This document shows, one piece after another, positions 1 to 10,770 of a stretch of 64,000 nucleotides of DNA. Below the pieces are notes generated by a model. It saw only the letters and a program-made list of their open reading frames with translations, was not told where the DNA came from and did not search any database. The stretch comes from Squalus acanthias (Eukaryota), in the NCBI GenBank assembly GCA_030390025.1, contig CM059432.1, positions 42,782,001 to 42,846,000 of the forward strand, in the 5' to 3' direction. Within the stretch, counting starts at the first letter, position 1; each line of letters begins with the position of its first letter. Made by a program: the position numbers and the translations under genes.

Positions 1-1254
1 AGGGCATCCAAAGCTAGACCTCCCTGGATGACTAATGTTAGAGATTAAAATGAAACAGTAAAAGGAAGCTTATGATAAATATCAGGCTCATAAATCGGTA
101 GAGAACCAAGTTGAATGCAGTAAGTACAGAGGAGAACTGGAAAAGGAAATAAGAGGGGCAAAGAGAGTGTATGAGAATAGATTAGCAGGTAACATAAAAG
201 GAAGCCCGAAAGTCTTTTATAAACATATAAATAGTAAAAGGGTAATCAAAGGAAGGGTGGGACCAATTAAAGACCAAAAAGATCATCTTGTGGAGATAGA
301 GGGCATGGCTGAGGTACTAAATGAGTACTTTACATCTGTCTTCACTAAAGAAGAAGATTCTGCCAATATCACAGTAAAGGAAGAGGTAGTAGGGAAATTG
401 GATACAATTAAAATATATATAAAGAGGAGGTACTTAAAAGGTCCCAGTCTGGATGGGACGCATCCTAAGTTGCTGAAGGAAGTAAGTGGGGAGATAGCAG
501 AGGCTCTGGCCACAATCTTCCAATCCTCCTTAGATATGGGGGTGGTGTCAGAAGATATTCAAAAAAGGGAGAGGAATAAACCCGGCAACTACAAGCCAGT
601 CGGTGGTGGGGAAACTTTTAGAGACAATAATCCGAGACAAAATTAATTGGCACTTGGAAAAATATGGGTTAATAAATGATAGCCAGCACGGATTTGTCAA
701 AGGAAAATCGTGTATGACTAACTTGATTGAACTCTTTGATGAAATAATGGAGCGGGTTGATGTTGTGTATATGGACTTTCAAAAGGCGTTTGATAAAGTA
801 CCACATAATAAACTTGTTAGCAAAATTGAAGCCCATGGGATTAAAGGGTCAGTGGCAGTGTGGATACAAAATTGGCTAAGGGACACAAAGCAGAGAGTAG
901 TGGTAAACGGTTGTTTTTCAGACTAGGGAAGTATACAGTGGTGTCCCCTAAGGGTCGGTATTAGGACCACTGCTCTTTTTGATATATATTAAGGACCTGG
1001 ACTTGGGTATACAGGGCATAATTTCAAAGTTTGCAGATGACACAAAACTCGGAAATGTAGTAAACAGTGAGGGGGATAGTAACATACTTCAGGAGGATGT
1101 AGACAGACTAGTGAAATGGGCAAACACATGGCAGAGGAAGTTTAAAGCAGAGATGTGTGAAGTGTACGTACACAAATCTTTGAAGGTGGCAGGACAAATT
1201 GAGAAGGTTGTTAAAAAAGCATACAGGATCCTTGAAGTTATAAACAGAGGCTTT

Positions 1255-1633
1255 GGGGGTGATTTTGCCAGTGGGGATGCATTGGAGGCGGGACTGCTGC
1301 TTGTCGGGTCGATGTCCCGCCTCTATCGACTTCTGGCCAACCCACGCTATTTTCCCTTGATTGACCTTGTTAAGCCCGCCCAGTGGGCTTACAGGCCAAT
1401 TAAGGGGAAGCCGGTTACAGAGAATGTCAGCGTATGATGTTTCATCTGTTAACAGGCAGTTAAGTGGCTGTGATCCCCTTCCCGCCTTCAGGAGATGGGA
1501 CCTGGCACGAGTCGGCTACCCGCCTCCTGGGAAGATGGCACAGAGGTGGGTTGGGGGCAGGATAGGTACCCGCCCCCAGATTCTGCCATTTTCCCAGCAG
1601 TCCCGCCTCCCCAGGGCTGGCAAAATCCAGCCC
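1255..1633. mobile_element. Harbinger-family MITE inserted in CR1
   Basis: Ends GGGGGTGATTTTGCCA ... TGGCAAAATCCAGCCC match the TIR of the element at 36875-41146. The CR1 reading (ATAAACAGAGGC...ATAGAGTA) resumes on both sides. Confidence 0.75.
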
Positions 1634-1703
1634 ATAGAGTAGAAAAGCAAGGACATTATCATAAACCTTTATAAATCACTGGTTAGGCCCCAGCTGGAGT
1701 ATT

Positions 1704-2056
1704 GGGCCGGATTTTCTCAATGGAAATGAGTTGGAGGTGGGACTGCTGCTTGTCAGGTCGATGTCCCATCTCCATCATCTTCTGGCCAACCAGTGGGATT
1801 TTCCCCTGATTGACCTTGTTAAGCCCGCCCGGCGGGCTCAGCAGGCCAATTAGGGGGGAAGTCAGTGACCGAGCACGTCAACGTCTGACGTGCTGTCTGT
1901 CAAGACTTCTTGAAAGAAGAAATGTCAGCATTTGACAGCTCTGTGAAGCTGTCAAACACTGACATTCTGTGTAGTTTGATGAGTCCTTGTGTTCAGGACT
2001 CATCAAACCTTTCAACTTTGTAGATTTCAGATGGCTGTTGGTTCGGAGGATCCAAC
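1704..2056. mobile_element. Partial Harbinger-family MITE (left end only)
   Basis: Starts GGGCCGGATTTT and repeats 1285-1410 almost verbatim. The right end is not visible. Confidence 0.65.
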
Positions 2057-2404
2057 ATGAATGGTTTTGATAGAGAAAATAAGGAGAAACTGTTTCCAGT
2101 GGCAGAAGGGTTGGTAAGCAGAGGACAAAGATTTAAGGTAATTGGCAAAAGAACTAGAGGTGAGATGAGGACAATTTTTTTTTACACAGCGAGTTGTTAT
2201 GATCTGGAATGCTCTGCCTGAAAGGGTGGAGGGAAGCAAATTCCGTTGTAACTTTCAAAGGGGAATTGGATAAATACTAGAAGGGGAAACATTTGCAAGG
2301 CTATGGAGAAAGGGCAGGGGACTGGGATTAATTGGATAGCTCTTTCAAAGAGCCATCAAAGGCACAATGGGCTCCTTCTGTGCTGTATCATTCTATGATT
2401 CTAG

Positions 2405-3108
2405 GGGGGAAAAGTTCAGTTGCCCGAGGGGAGGCTAACGGGGCGCAAAGCAACTAGCGCCTGGTGCAGCACCGCTAACGCCTCCCACGAAATTCAGCGG
2501 GAGGTTAGCGGTGGCAGTAGCTGGTAGCACCCCGCGGTGCTGCTCCTCCGGAGATGACATCATCGCTGGCCGCAAACTTGGCTTGCGTCCCCTGACCTAC
2601 CACCAGACGCTATGTCCGACAGGGTCAGGGTGGCGTTTTTGCAGCCGGGGCGACGATAATTAAAGGGCAGGAGCCGGGAGGTGGGTTTTTTTTGGGCCGC
2701 CTGCCAGCACCTGCCCCCTCTGGCCTCCTCCCGCGGGGTGCCGGCCGCGATCCGTCAGCCTGGCACTCCTCTCGATAGCTGGGCTCTTTTGCCGGCACCC
2801 CACTCCCCGGTGGTCCAGCAGGGCCCCGGTGGTCCAGCAGGGCTCTGTTGCGTGCAGCGCTAGGCCTCTCCCCTTTAATCAGGGGTGGGCGGCCTGCAGT
2901 ACCTCAGCGCTACTGCATGTAGCGCCGCGATATTCAATGGGAGCGCCCCAAGAGGGAGGGGCCTTTCTAGCAGACAAGTTGCATCCACCTCCTACTTGGG
3001 GCGCACCATTCAATTTTGGGCGTGGGGGCACTAACATTTTCGGGGTGCTAAAAGTAGCACCCCGGCGAAGTTAGCGCCCCAAAGGGAGTGTGACCCAATT
3101 TTTCCCCC
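2405..3108. mobile_element. GC-rich MITE, probably Harbinger-type
   Basis: Termini GGGGGAAAAGTT / AATTTTTCCCCC, flanked by TAG/CAG, with many internal TAGCGCC/GGCGCTA-like motifs. Confidence 0.55.
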
Positions 3109-3156
3109 CAGAACTTTTGAAAAATGTTTGTCAAAATGCTCATAGTTAGTGCTGAA

Positions 3157-3580
3157 AGAAGTTTGTGGGTACAAGTCTCACTCCAGAGACTTGAGCACAT
3201 AATCCAGGCTGACACTTCAATGCAGTACTGAGGGAATGCTGCACTGTCAGAAGTGCCATCTTTCGGATGAGATGTTAAACTGAGACCTGGACTGCTCTCT
3301 CTCGTGGATGTAAAAGATATCATGGCACTATTTAAAAGAAGAGCAGGGAAGTTCTCCCTGGTGCCTGGCCAATAATTATCCCTCAACGAACATCATTAAA
3401 CCAAAGATTATCTGATCATTATCTCATTGCTGTTCTGGGACCTTGCTGTATGAAAATTGGCTGTTGCGTTTCCTATACTACAACAGTGACTACACTTCAG
3501 AAGTACTTCATTGATTGTAAAGCGCTTTGAGACATCCTGATGTTGTGAAAGGAGCTATATAAATGCAAGTTCTTTCTTTT
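3157..3580 (+). mobile_element. DeuSINE (SacSINE1/AmnSINE1-like), 5' eroded
   Basis: Deu-domain-like core (GTGCCATCTTTCGGATGAGATGTTAAAC...GTGGATGTAAAAGAT...TGGCACTATT) and tail GCTATATAAATGCAAG. Same family as 8684-9130. Confidence 0.8.
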
Positions 3581-4612
3581 GGAATGACACTGATGATTTG
3601 AGGATCTGATTTGGAATGGATTGTCACACCAAAGAAGGGATTTAAGTGTCAAAATATCTGAATCTAAAGCACATCATGAAAATTGTTTTGGAAATTATGA
3701 CCTACATTGAAATCCATGCACTGAATCGCAGGCAAATCAAAGATCTGATTTAAAAAACTCAATGATAAACATCTCCCTTCAGATGGCATGCTTCACTGGT
3801 GCACTGGCTTTCCGGAGGAAGAGCAATTGCTCATTTTCGCTTGAATTGCTTAGTCCTGTGAAAGTATTCATTAAAGAAAAAGAGCAAAGCATATCCTGAA
3901 TTGGCACACCTGCAGTGGGTTATGGATTTGGCCTTTCTAGCAGACATGTTGCATCTGGACAAAATAAATCTGGAATTGCACAGAAAGATAAAGTTGTTAC
4001 CTGAATGTATGCAAACTGTGTTTGCCTTTATAAACAAATATAACTTGTTTTAAACTTAATTCCAGAGCTGAACTGACTATAATAACCATCCGTGATTAAG
4101 GTTAGTGAAAATGATAATTTTGGAGAAGATCCACAGAGTTGTAATGATCACTTAGGGCTGGATTTTCATAGGAAGGTGGAGTCGGGTTTGGAGGCGTGTG
4201 GGGGGTTAAAATTGCGAAAAGTGGCAGGCGGACCTGATCCCGCCTCCATTCCGCCTCCACGCAATTTTGATAAAATCGTGTGCGGTGTTCCCGACTCCGT
4301 CCCACCTCCAAGAGGCGGGAGAGGCCATTAAAGCCCTTAACAAGCCCTAAATTGGCTCTGTAATGCCATTTTGAAATGTTTTAGCTAGTTTAACCCTTTT
4401 CCGACGTGAAGCACGCCTGATGTGAAACATGCCAGTGAAACCTGGCGGGAGCACAAGTGGATAGCTGACTATCAGCTGCAGGTCCACTATTACAACGGAG
4501 ATGTGATGAAGGTAGTAGTAGTAGGTCTGAAAGTCGCCTCTGATGCTGCTGCACTTAATGTCTTCAGAGACTGCCTGGCCTTTGCTGTGAGAGGACATGG
4601 ATGGAAAAAAAT

Positions 4613-4644
4613 CTCTCAATCTCTCTCTCTCTCTCTCTCTCTCG

Positions 4645-4696
<52 letters not shown>

Positions 4697-4750
4697 GTCT
4701 CTGTCTCTGTCTCTGTCTCTGTCTCTGTCTCTGTCTCTCTGTCTCTCTCC
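4613..4750. repeat. (TC)n / (TCTCTG)n compound microsatellite
   Basis: Directly visible. Confidence 0.95.
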
Positions 4751-4823
4751 TGCTCATTTTGCATCCAGGTCCACTCACAGCAAAGGCCAGGCAGTCTCTG
4801 AAGACCTTCAATGCAGCAGCAAT

Positions 4824-7058
4824 GTTGGACTGGGGTGGACAAAAATGAAAAGTCACACAACACCAGGTTATAGTCCAACAGATTTATTTTAAATTACAAG
4901 CTTTCGGAGCTGTCGCCCCTTTGTCAGGCAAAGGTACAGTGAGTGAATCTACAACATTACACCGTATATAAACACGGATACTGCAGAGATACAATCTTTC
5001 AGGGAAGGTGTCCTTACATCAAAGACATACCAGAGCACAGCCGAGACAATGAGATGTGTCACAGGGGGTCCAACGTGTCCAATCCTGCTGTCTGCAGTTG
5101 TTTTTTTTTGTTTTTGGGGTTTGTTTTTTTAAAGTTTTTTTTTAAACTGGAAAGACAGACAACGATGTCGAGTCACGTTCTGTAGCGTGACATGAACCCG
5201 ATATCCCTATTGAGGCCATCCTCATGGGTGCGGAACTTGGCTATCAGTTTCTGCTCGATGATTTTGCGTTGTCGTGTGTCTCGAAGGCCGCCTTGGAGAA
5301 CGCTAACCCGCAGATCCGAGGCTGAATGTCCTTGACTGCTGAAGTGTTCCCCGACTGGGAGGTAGCAATCCTGCCTGGCGATTGTTGCGCGGTGTCCGTT
5401 CATACGTTGTCTCAGTGTCTGCATGGTCTCGCCGATGTACCATGCTCTGGGGCATCCTTTCTTGCAACGTATCAGGTAGACAATGTTGGCCGAGTCACAT
5501 GAGTATGTACCATGTACCTGGTGGGTAGAGTGCTCACGTGTGATGATGGTATCTGTGTTCATGATCTGGCATGTCTTGCAGAGGTTGCCGTGGCAGGGTT
5601 GTGTGGTGTCGTGGTCGCTGTTCTCCTGACAGCTGGGTAATTTGCTGCGAACGATGGTACTTTTGAGGTTAGGCGGCTGCTTGAAGGCGAGTAGTGGAGG
5701 CGTGGGGATGGCCTTAGCAAGGTGTTCGTCGTCATCGATGACATGTTGAAGGCTGCGAAGAACATGGCGTAGTTTCTCCGCTCCGGGGAAGTACTGGACG
5801 ACGTAGGGTACTCTGTTGGTTGTGTCCCGTGTTCGCCTCCTGAGGAGGTCTATGCGGTTTTTCGCTGTGGCCCGTCGGAACTGTCGATCGACGAGTCGAG
5901 CGTCATATCCCGTTCTTACGAGGGCGTCTTTCAGTGTCCGTAGGTGTCCATCGCGTTCCTCCTCATCTGAGCAGATCCTGTGTATTCGCAGGGCTTGTCC
6001 ATAGGGGATGGCTTCTTTAACGTGGTTAGGGTGGAAGCTGGAGAAGTGGAGCATCGTGAGGTTGTCCGTGGGCTTGCGGTAGAGTGAAGTGCTGAGGCGT
6101 CCGTCTTTGATGGAGATTCGTGTGTCCAAGAATGAAACCGATTCTGAGGAGTAATCCATAGTGAGTTTGATGGTGGGATGGAACCTGTTGATGTTATCGT
6201 GTAGTCCTTTCAGTGATCCTTCGCCGTGGGTCCAAAGGAAGAAGATGTCGTCGATGTATCTGGTGTACAGCGTTGGTTGGAGGTCCTGTGCAGCGAAGAA
6301 GTCTTGCTCAAACTTGTGCATGAAGATGTTGTCGTATTGGGGTGCGAATTTGGTCCCCATGGCTGTTCCGTGTGTTTGGGTAAAAAACTGGTTGTCGAAG
6401 GTGAAGATATTGTGGTCAAGGATGAAGCGGATGAGTTGTAGGATGGCGTCTGGAGATTGGCTGTTGTTGGTGTTGAGTACTGAGGCTGTCGCAGCGATGC
6501 CGTCATCATGGGGGATATTGGTGTAGAGTGCCGATACGTCCATCGTGGCGAGGAGTGTTCCTGGTTCAACTGGTCCATGGGTGCTGAGTTTCTGCAAGAA
6601 GTCTGTAGTGTCGCGACAGAAGCTGGGGGTTCCCTGTACGATGGGTTTCAGGATGCCCTCGACGTACCCAGAGAGGTTCTCACACAGGGTTCCGTTGCCT
6701 GATACGATAGGACGTCCGGGTGTGTTGGCTTTGTGTATCTTTGGGAGGCAGTAAAAGTCTCCTACGCGGGGAGTACGTGGGATGAGAGCGCGTAGGATGT
6801 TTTGAAGGTCTGGATCGAAGGTCTTGATCAGTCTATTGAGTTGGCGGGTGTGTTCTTTGGTCGGATCTGCGGGTAGCTGTCTGTAGTATTCCTGGTTGTC
6901 CAGTTGTCGGTATGCTTCTTTGCAATAGTCCATTCTGTTCTGTATGACGATGGCTCCTCCTTTGTCCGCTGGTTTGATGACGATGTTGCGGTTGGTCTTG
7001 AGAGCGTGGATGGCGTTGCGTTGTGCTCGGGTGACATTCTGGACTGTCTTGTGAGTGC
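4824..7058 (-). mobile_element. Penelope-like retroelement, 5'-truncated
   Basis: RT + GIY-YIG ORF, and a 3' terminal segment shared with the copy at 44950-46947. Removing it restores the host MITE sequence CCTCTGATGATGTC|ATTGCTGCTGC (minus strand). Confidence 0.92.
4894..4931 (-). ncRNA. Minimal type-I hammerhead ribozyme-like motif with a variant core
   Basis: Minus strand reads TTGC-CTGACAA-A-GGGGC-GACA-GCTCC-GAAA-GCTT-GTAA. Stems I and II pair, but the core is CUGACAA rather than CUGANGA. Confidence 0.65.
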
Positions 7059-7059
7059 G
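5173..7059 (-). CDS. Penelope-like RT + GIY-YIG endonuclease, uninterrupted but 5'-truncated
   Basis: The frame is open upstream of the listed ATG (IKPADKGGAIV). Motifs: LPKIHK, GRPIVS, MDVSALYT, GTAMG, YTRYIDDIF, and NIVYLIRC..WYIGET..LRQRMNGH..HF..E (GIY-YIG). Confidence 0.93.
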   Translation of the reverse strand, partial: RTHKTVQNVTRAQRNAIHALKTNRNIVIKPADKGGAIVIQNRMDYCKEAYRQLDNQEYYRQLPADPTKEHTRQLNRLIKTFDPDLQNILRALIPRTPRVGDFYCLPKIHKANTPGRPIVSGNGTLCENLSGYVEGILKPIVQGTPSFCRDTTDFLQKLSTHGPVEPGTLLATMDVSALYTNIPHDDGIAATASVLNTNNSQSPDAILQLIRFILDHNIFTFDNQFFTQTHGTAMGTKFAPQYDNIFMHKFEQDFFAAQDLQPTLYTRYIDDIFFLWTHGEGSLKGLHDNINRFHPTIKLTMDYSSESVSFLDTRISIKDGRLSTSLYRKPTDNLTMLHFSSFHPNHVKEAIPYGQALRIHRICSDEEERDGHLRTLKDALVRTGYDARLVDRQFRRATAKNRIDLLRRRTRDTTNRVPYVVQYFPGAEKLRHVLRSLQHVIDDDEHLAKAIPTPPLLAFKQPPNLKSTIVRSKLPSCQENSDHDTTQPCHGNLCKTCQIMNTDTIITREHSTHQVHGTYSCDSANIVYLIRCKKGCPRAWYIGETMQTLRQRMNGHRATIARQDCYLPVGEHFSSQGHSASDLRVSVLQGGLRDTRQRKIIEQKLIAKFRTHEDGLNRDIGFMSRYRT

Positions 7060-8683
7060 ACATCATCAGAGGCGACTTTCAGACTGAAAACACTAATTGG
7101 TTCATGGGTTCCCACATGCTGGAACTCAATTGCCCAATTAGGTGAAAATTGCATCAATCTCCCACATCCAATTGCAGTCGTGTGGATGACACGACCCCAA
7201 CCCGCCCCAGTATCAAAATCCAGCCCTTAATCTTTCTCCTGGGTCTTGAAGAAAGTTTGGTTCAACGATTTAGATTTGGAGTTGAACAGGCCTCAGGTTA
7301 GATTTCCTGTCAACCTATTCAGTGCTGAGGCAGATTACTTGAGGGCCCCATTGGTTACTGATGGAGCGGTTTCTCAGTTGGAAATTATTGAACAGCAGGA
7401 AGATGGCAGATTAAAGTCAATTCTAAAATGAGGAAATACTTGCATTTTGAACGGCTGTGCCATGTGAAGTATCCAAGTATTAATACCGCTGCCCCATGTC
7501 AAATTTCTATGTTCACTTTTATCTGAGTCTACTTTCATGTAAAATCAAAGTAAAAATCTGTTCTGACTGATGCTCATATTTCAGAATTGTTATATTTAAA
7601 CACAACTAAGAACAAACCGAATTTCAAAAAATTGTAAAAAACAAATATGTTGAAATTCCTGACTGCACCTTGTACGATGCACATGCATTTTTGTTGCAGT
7701 TACAGGGAGAATATCACTGAGAATATTATTACTGCTAGTACTGGTGTTTCATTAATTATTAACAGAAATTGTTGATTTTTTTTCTTATTATTAACACTTA
7801 TTACTTGTTTAAATTATTGCAACTGTTGGAAAATAATAACCTTCCATTCCAAAATTTATGGCTGGGACTTTATTGTTGTCGTATCTCTGCTCAATGTAAA
7901 ATCTGTGCCATAAGTTACACTGAAAATATCCATAATAGCGTGTATCTAGTAATATTTAATTGAAGGCACTTTTGCCATAATGAAGTGCTATGGGCTGCAG
8001 ATGCAGGGTTCTCCTGCTGTTGGTGGCACTCCTGAACATAAAAGACCCAACATCTGTAAGCTCAGTGGCACTGGAGACCCAGCTTTGGGTTGTCTCTCCC
8101 AGAACCTGAACGTAATGTAAATGGGCCTGAACACTAGCAGCTGTTTGCAATATATAAAGGATGATTCCTTGATCCATTGCTGCTGCGGAGGGCTGTGTGT
8201 GCGTGGTACTCACAGCAAGCACATCTTGGGAAACTGCTGGAAAATGACAGGAGATCGCAGACTGTATGTCTGTGATTTCCCAAGATATGCTCCCTCCAAG
8301 CACCATTCCTCACTGGGAACGCTGGATTGTGAAATGAAATCTAGAATTTTTTTTAACTGTTAAGCTATTAAGGGTTGACCAGCCCTGGGCTGGAAAAACT
8401 TAGCCTTGAAGGGAGGAATATGACAAGGGACCATATAACGGTATACGAGATGCTGAGTGGAATGGACTAATCCAGATAACTATTTCCAGTTAAACCCCAA
8501 CTAAAGAAAAGGGATCATAGATACAAACAAAAGGCAAGTTCAGGTCTGATGTCAGATAGCACTTTTTCATGCAATGATTATTACCTAATAGTATTCCAGG
8601 GCAGTGGAGGCAAAACAAGAGGCAGTTAAATACTCGGACAGGTGGTGGATGATATATTTCACTGGAAGGCGGATGTGTTCGCC

Positions 8684-9130
8684 TCGGCTCAGTTGGTAGC
8701 ACTCTCGCCTTTGAGTCAGAAGGTCATGGGTTCAAGTCCCACTCTAGAGACTTGAGCACAAAATCTATGCTGACACTCCAGTACAGTACTGAGGGAGTGT
8801 GGCACTGTCGGAGGTGCTGTCTTTCAGATGTTAAACTGAGGCCCTGTGTGCTCTCTCAGGTGGATGTAAAAGATCCTATGGCATTATTTCAAAGAAGAGC
8901 AGGGGAATTCACCCTGGTGTCCCGGCCAATATTTATCCCTCAATCAACATCACTAAAACAGATTATCTGATCATTATCACATTGCTGTTCATGGGACTTT
9001 GTTGTGTGCAAATTGGCTGCTGCATTTCCTACATTACAACAGTTCGAACACTTCAAAAGTACTGGCTGTAAGGTTCTTTGGGAGGTCCTGATGTTGTGAA
9101 AGGTGCTATATAAATGTAAGTCTTTATTTT
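8684..9130 (+). mobile_element. Full-length DeuSINE (SacSINE1-like)
   Basis: tRNA-like head (GGCTCAGTTGG A box; GGTTCAAGTCCC B box), Deu core, and GTGCTATATAAATG tail. Confidence 0.82.
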
Positions 9131-9589
9131 CTTTTATTGTGATCTTTGTGTGTTTGTGTTGTATATGTGTGAGCAGCGCTCTTTCTGATTGTGCGTTTGT
9201 GCTGTGAGTGTATGTGGGTAGAACAAATGAAGGACAGAGACACAATGAGTTGCTAGTCCATGTGCTTGTTTACTAGGCCAGAGCGAACTGAGCATGCTCA
9301 TACTAAACCATGTGATAATACAGTGCGCTGCTTTCCCCCTTTAAAAAAAAGTATGTATTCCCCTCTCAAATACAACAAAACTATAGTCCCACCTTTCCCA
9401 GCATTACATGTGCCACATAACAAAAACTCCTGGCTTTTTTCTTTTAAATGAATCCTACAAATGAACTACAAATCCAGTTTAATAACAGGTTTGTGGAGCC
9501 TTCCTGATCTCCTTACAGAAGGCTTTGGTGTTGAACCAATTTTCGGGCTATTTTGTTTTGGTTCCGAACTCAAAGATGATCCTGTTTCT

Positions 9590-10770
9590 ATCTCAGAGTT
9601 GTTTGAACCTGTACTTCAGTTACTGAAATCTGAACTGAGTCAAACTCATGTATGTGTTCATGATCAAGTGGTTCACGATTATGTCTTGGTTCATCTCTAG
9701 CAGAGATCAATTGATCTACATGAACACTTTGAATTTTGTCACCAATTTCAACCAAATATCTCTTGGTTCCACCAACCTCTACTATGGTTCCTACATCCCA
9801 CTTGTGAGAACACGAACATACTTGTTTTGTTTGAAACTGCGTTCTTTCTGATTGCTGTCTGGAGTGATGGGTTATGGGGAGCGGGCAGGGAAATGGAGCT
9901 GAGCCCAAGATCAGATCAGCCATGATCTCATTAAATGGTGGAGCAGGCTCGAGGGGCCAAATGGCCTACTCCTACTCCTAGTTCTTATGTCATAATAACG
10001 TTTCTGACTCAACTGTTTCTGTTCAACTCTTGAGGCCAAATTCGGTTGAACAAGACTCAATCATGTTCTCAATCTCCTCTTCATCAAGAGTTCTGCTGGA
10101 GTATATCCACTTGTAGTGTGCAGAGTAGTTCTGTACTTCAAGAAATTTGCCAAACGTTGCTTCATACTGAGTCCTGAACAGCCCTGCAACACTTGCTTTT
10201 TGAGAGCTTCTTTCACTATTCTGACTGACCTTTCAGCTGCTCTATTTGAAGCTGGATGATATGGTGGAACGAGAGTGTGTTTGATACCGTTCCATTTCAT
10301 GAATTCTTGGAATAGAGCAGAACGGAACTGAGGGCCATTGTCAGAAACAAGCTCTTCAGGTAAACCATGACATGCAAAGATAGACCTCAACTCCTCTATG
10401 GTACGTTCAGTTGTAGTATTTGAACCCATGTGTTTCACTTCAATCCACTTTGAGTGACTACAAGTACCAGGAAATAATCATTTGCCTTCTCACAGAAGTC
10501 TACATGTATTCTCTGAAAAGGTCTACTTGGCCATGACCAGGGTTGTAGTGGAGTTTTGGGTGGTTTGTTTCTGTAATTTTGGCAAACGCTGCATTTGCTG
10601 ACAAGTGATTCAAGATCACTGTCCAATCCAGGCCAGTAAACAAAGCTTCTTGCAATTGATTTCATACTGACGATCCCTGGATTTTCAGTATGAAGTTCGG
10701 CCAGAATTCTATCTCTCAAAGAAGTAGGTACCACGACTCTGTTTCCCCACTTGATACAACCTTGCTCACA
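9590..10770 (-). pseudogene. Gypsy integrase remnant
   Basis: ELHTENPG..CSVC, PFQRIHVDF, GLPEELVSDNGPQF, PYHPASNRAAER and VHVDQL, with frameshifts. Confidence 0.88.
9866..9990 (+). mobile_element. CR1 3'-tail fragment inserted in the Gypsy integrase
   Basis: GATCAGCCATGATC...GGAGCAGGCTCGAGGGGCC..ATGGCCTACTCCT, the same tail as 17195-17286 and 63838-63915. Confidence 0.8.

Larger units (their letters stand above)
1..2403 (+). mobile_element. CR1 LINE, decayed ORF2 (RT) plus 3' tail, interrupted by two MITEs
   Basis: Frameshifted ORFs 167-646, 603-926 and 979-1250 carry CR1 RT motifs (QHGFVKGKSC, YMDFQKAFDKVPH, SKFADDTKL). CR1 3' sequence resumes at 1634 and ~2057 and ends in an ATTCTATG-type tail near 2390-2403. 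Confidence 0.9.
4155..7226. mobile_element. Non-autonomous Harbinger element hosting a Penelope insertion
   Basis: TIR GGGCTGGATTTT / AAAATCCAGCCC with exact TTA duplication (4152-4154, 7227-7229). Both subterminal regions resemble the two ends of 36875-41146. Confidence 0.85.
3640..7650 (+). pseudogene. Decayed hAT (Charlie/SPIN/GTF2IRD2-like) transposase split by a 3-kb insertion
   Basis: 3880-4030 reads AYPELAHLQWVMDLAFLADMLHLDKINLEL...MQTVFAFINK. 7230-7640 continues SQLEIIEQQED...SESTF..LTDAHISELL..TT..KPNFKK, resembling the hAT C-terminal dimerisation region. Many stops and frameshifts. Confidence 0.65.

Noticed and set aside
4347..4892. ORFs rich in RQ/RE/SL/CL/ET dipeptides
   Set aside because: They are translations of the (TC)n/(TCTCTG)n microsatellite.
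5559..7230. Many overlapping and antisense ORFs over both Penelope copies
   Set aside because: They are shadow frames of a GC-rich coding sequence with no independent motifs.
8200..8325. Possible minus-strand exon (CCAG|...|GTGAGT)
   Set aside because: The splice-like signals are plausible, but no frame gives a recognisable peptide and no partner exons were found.
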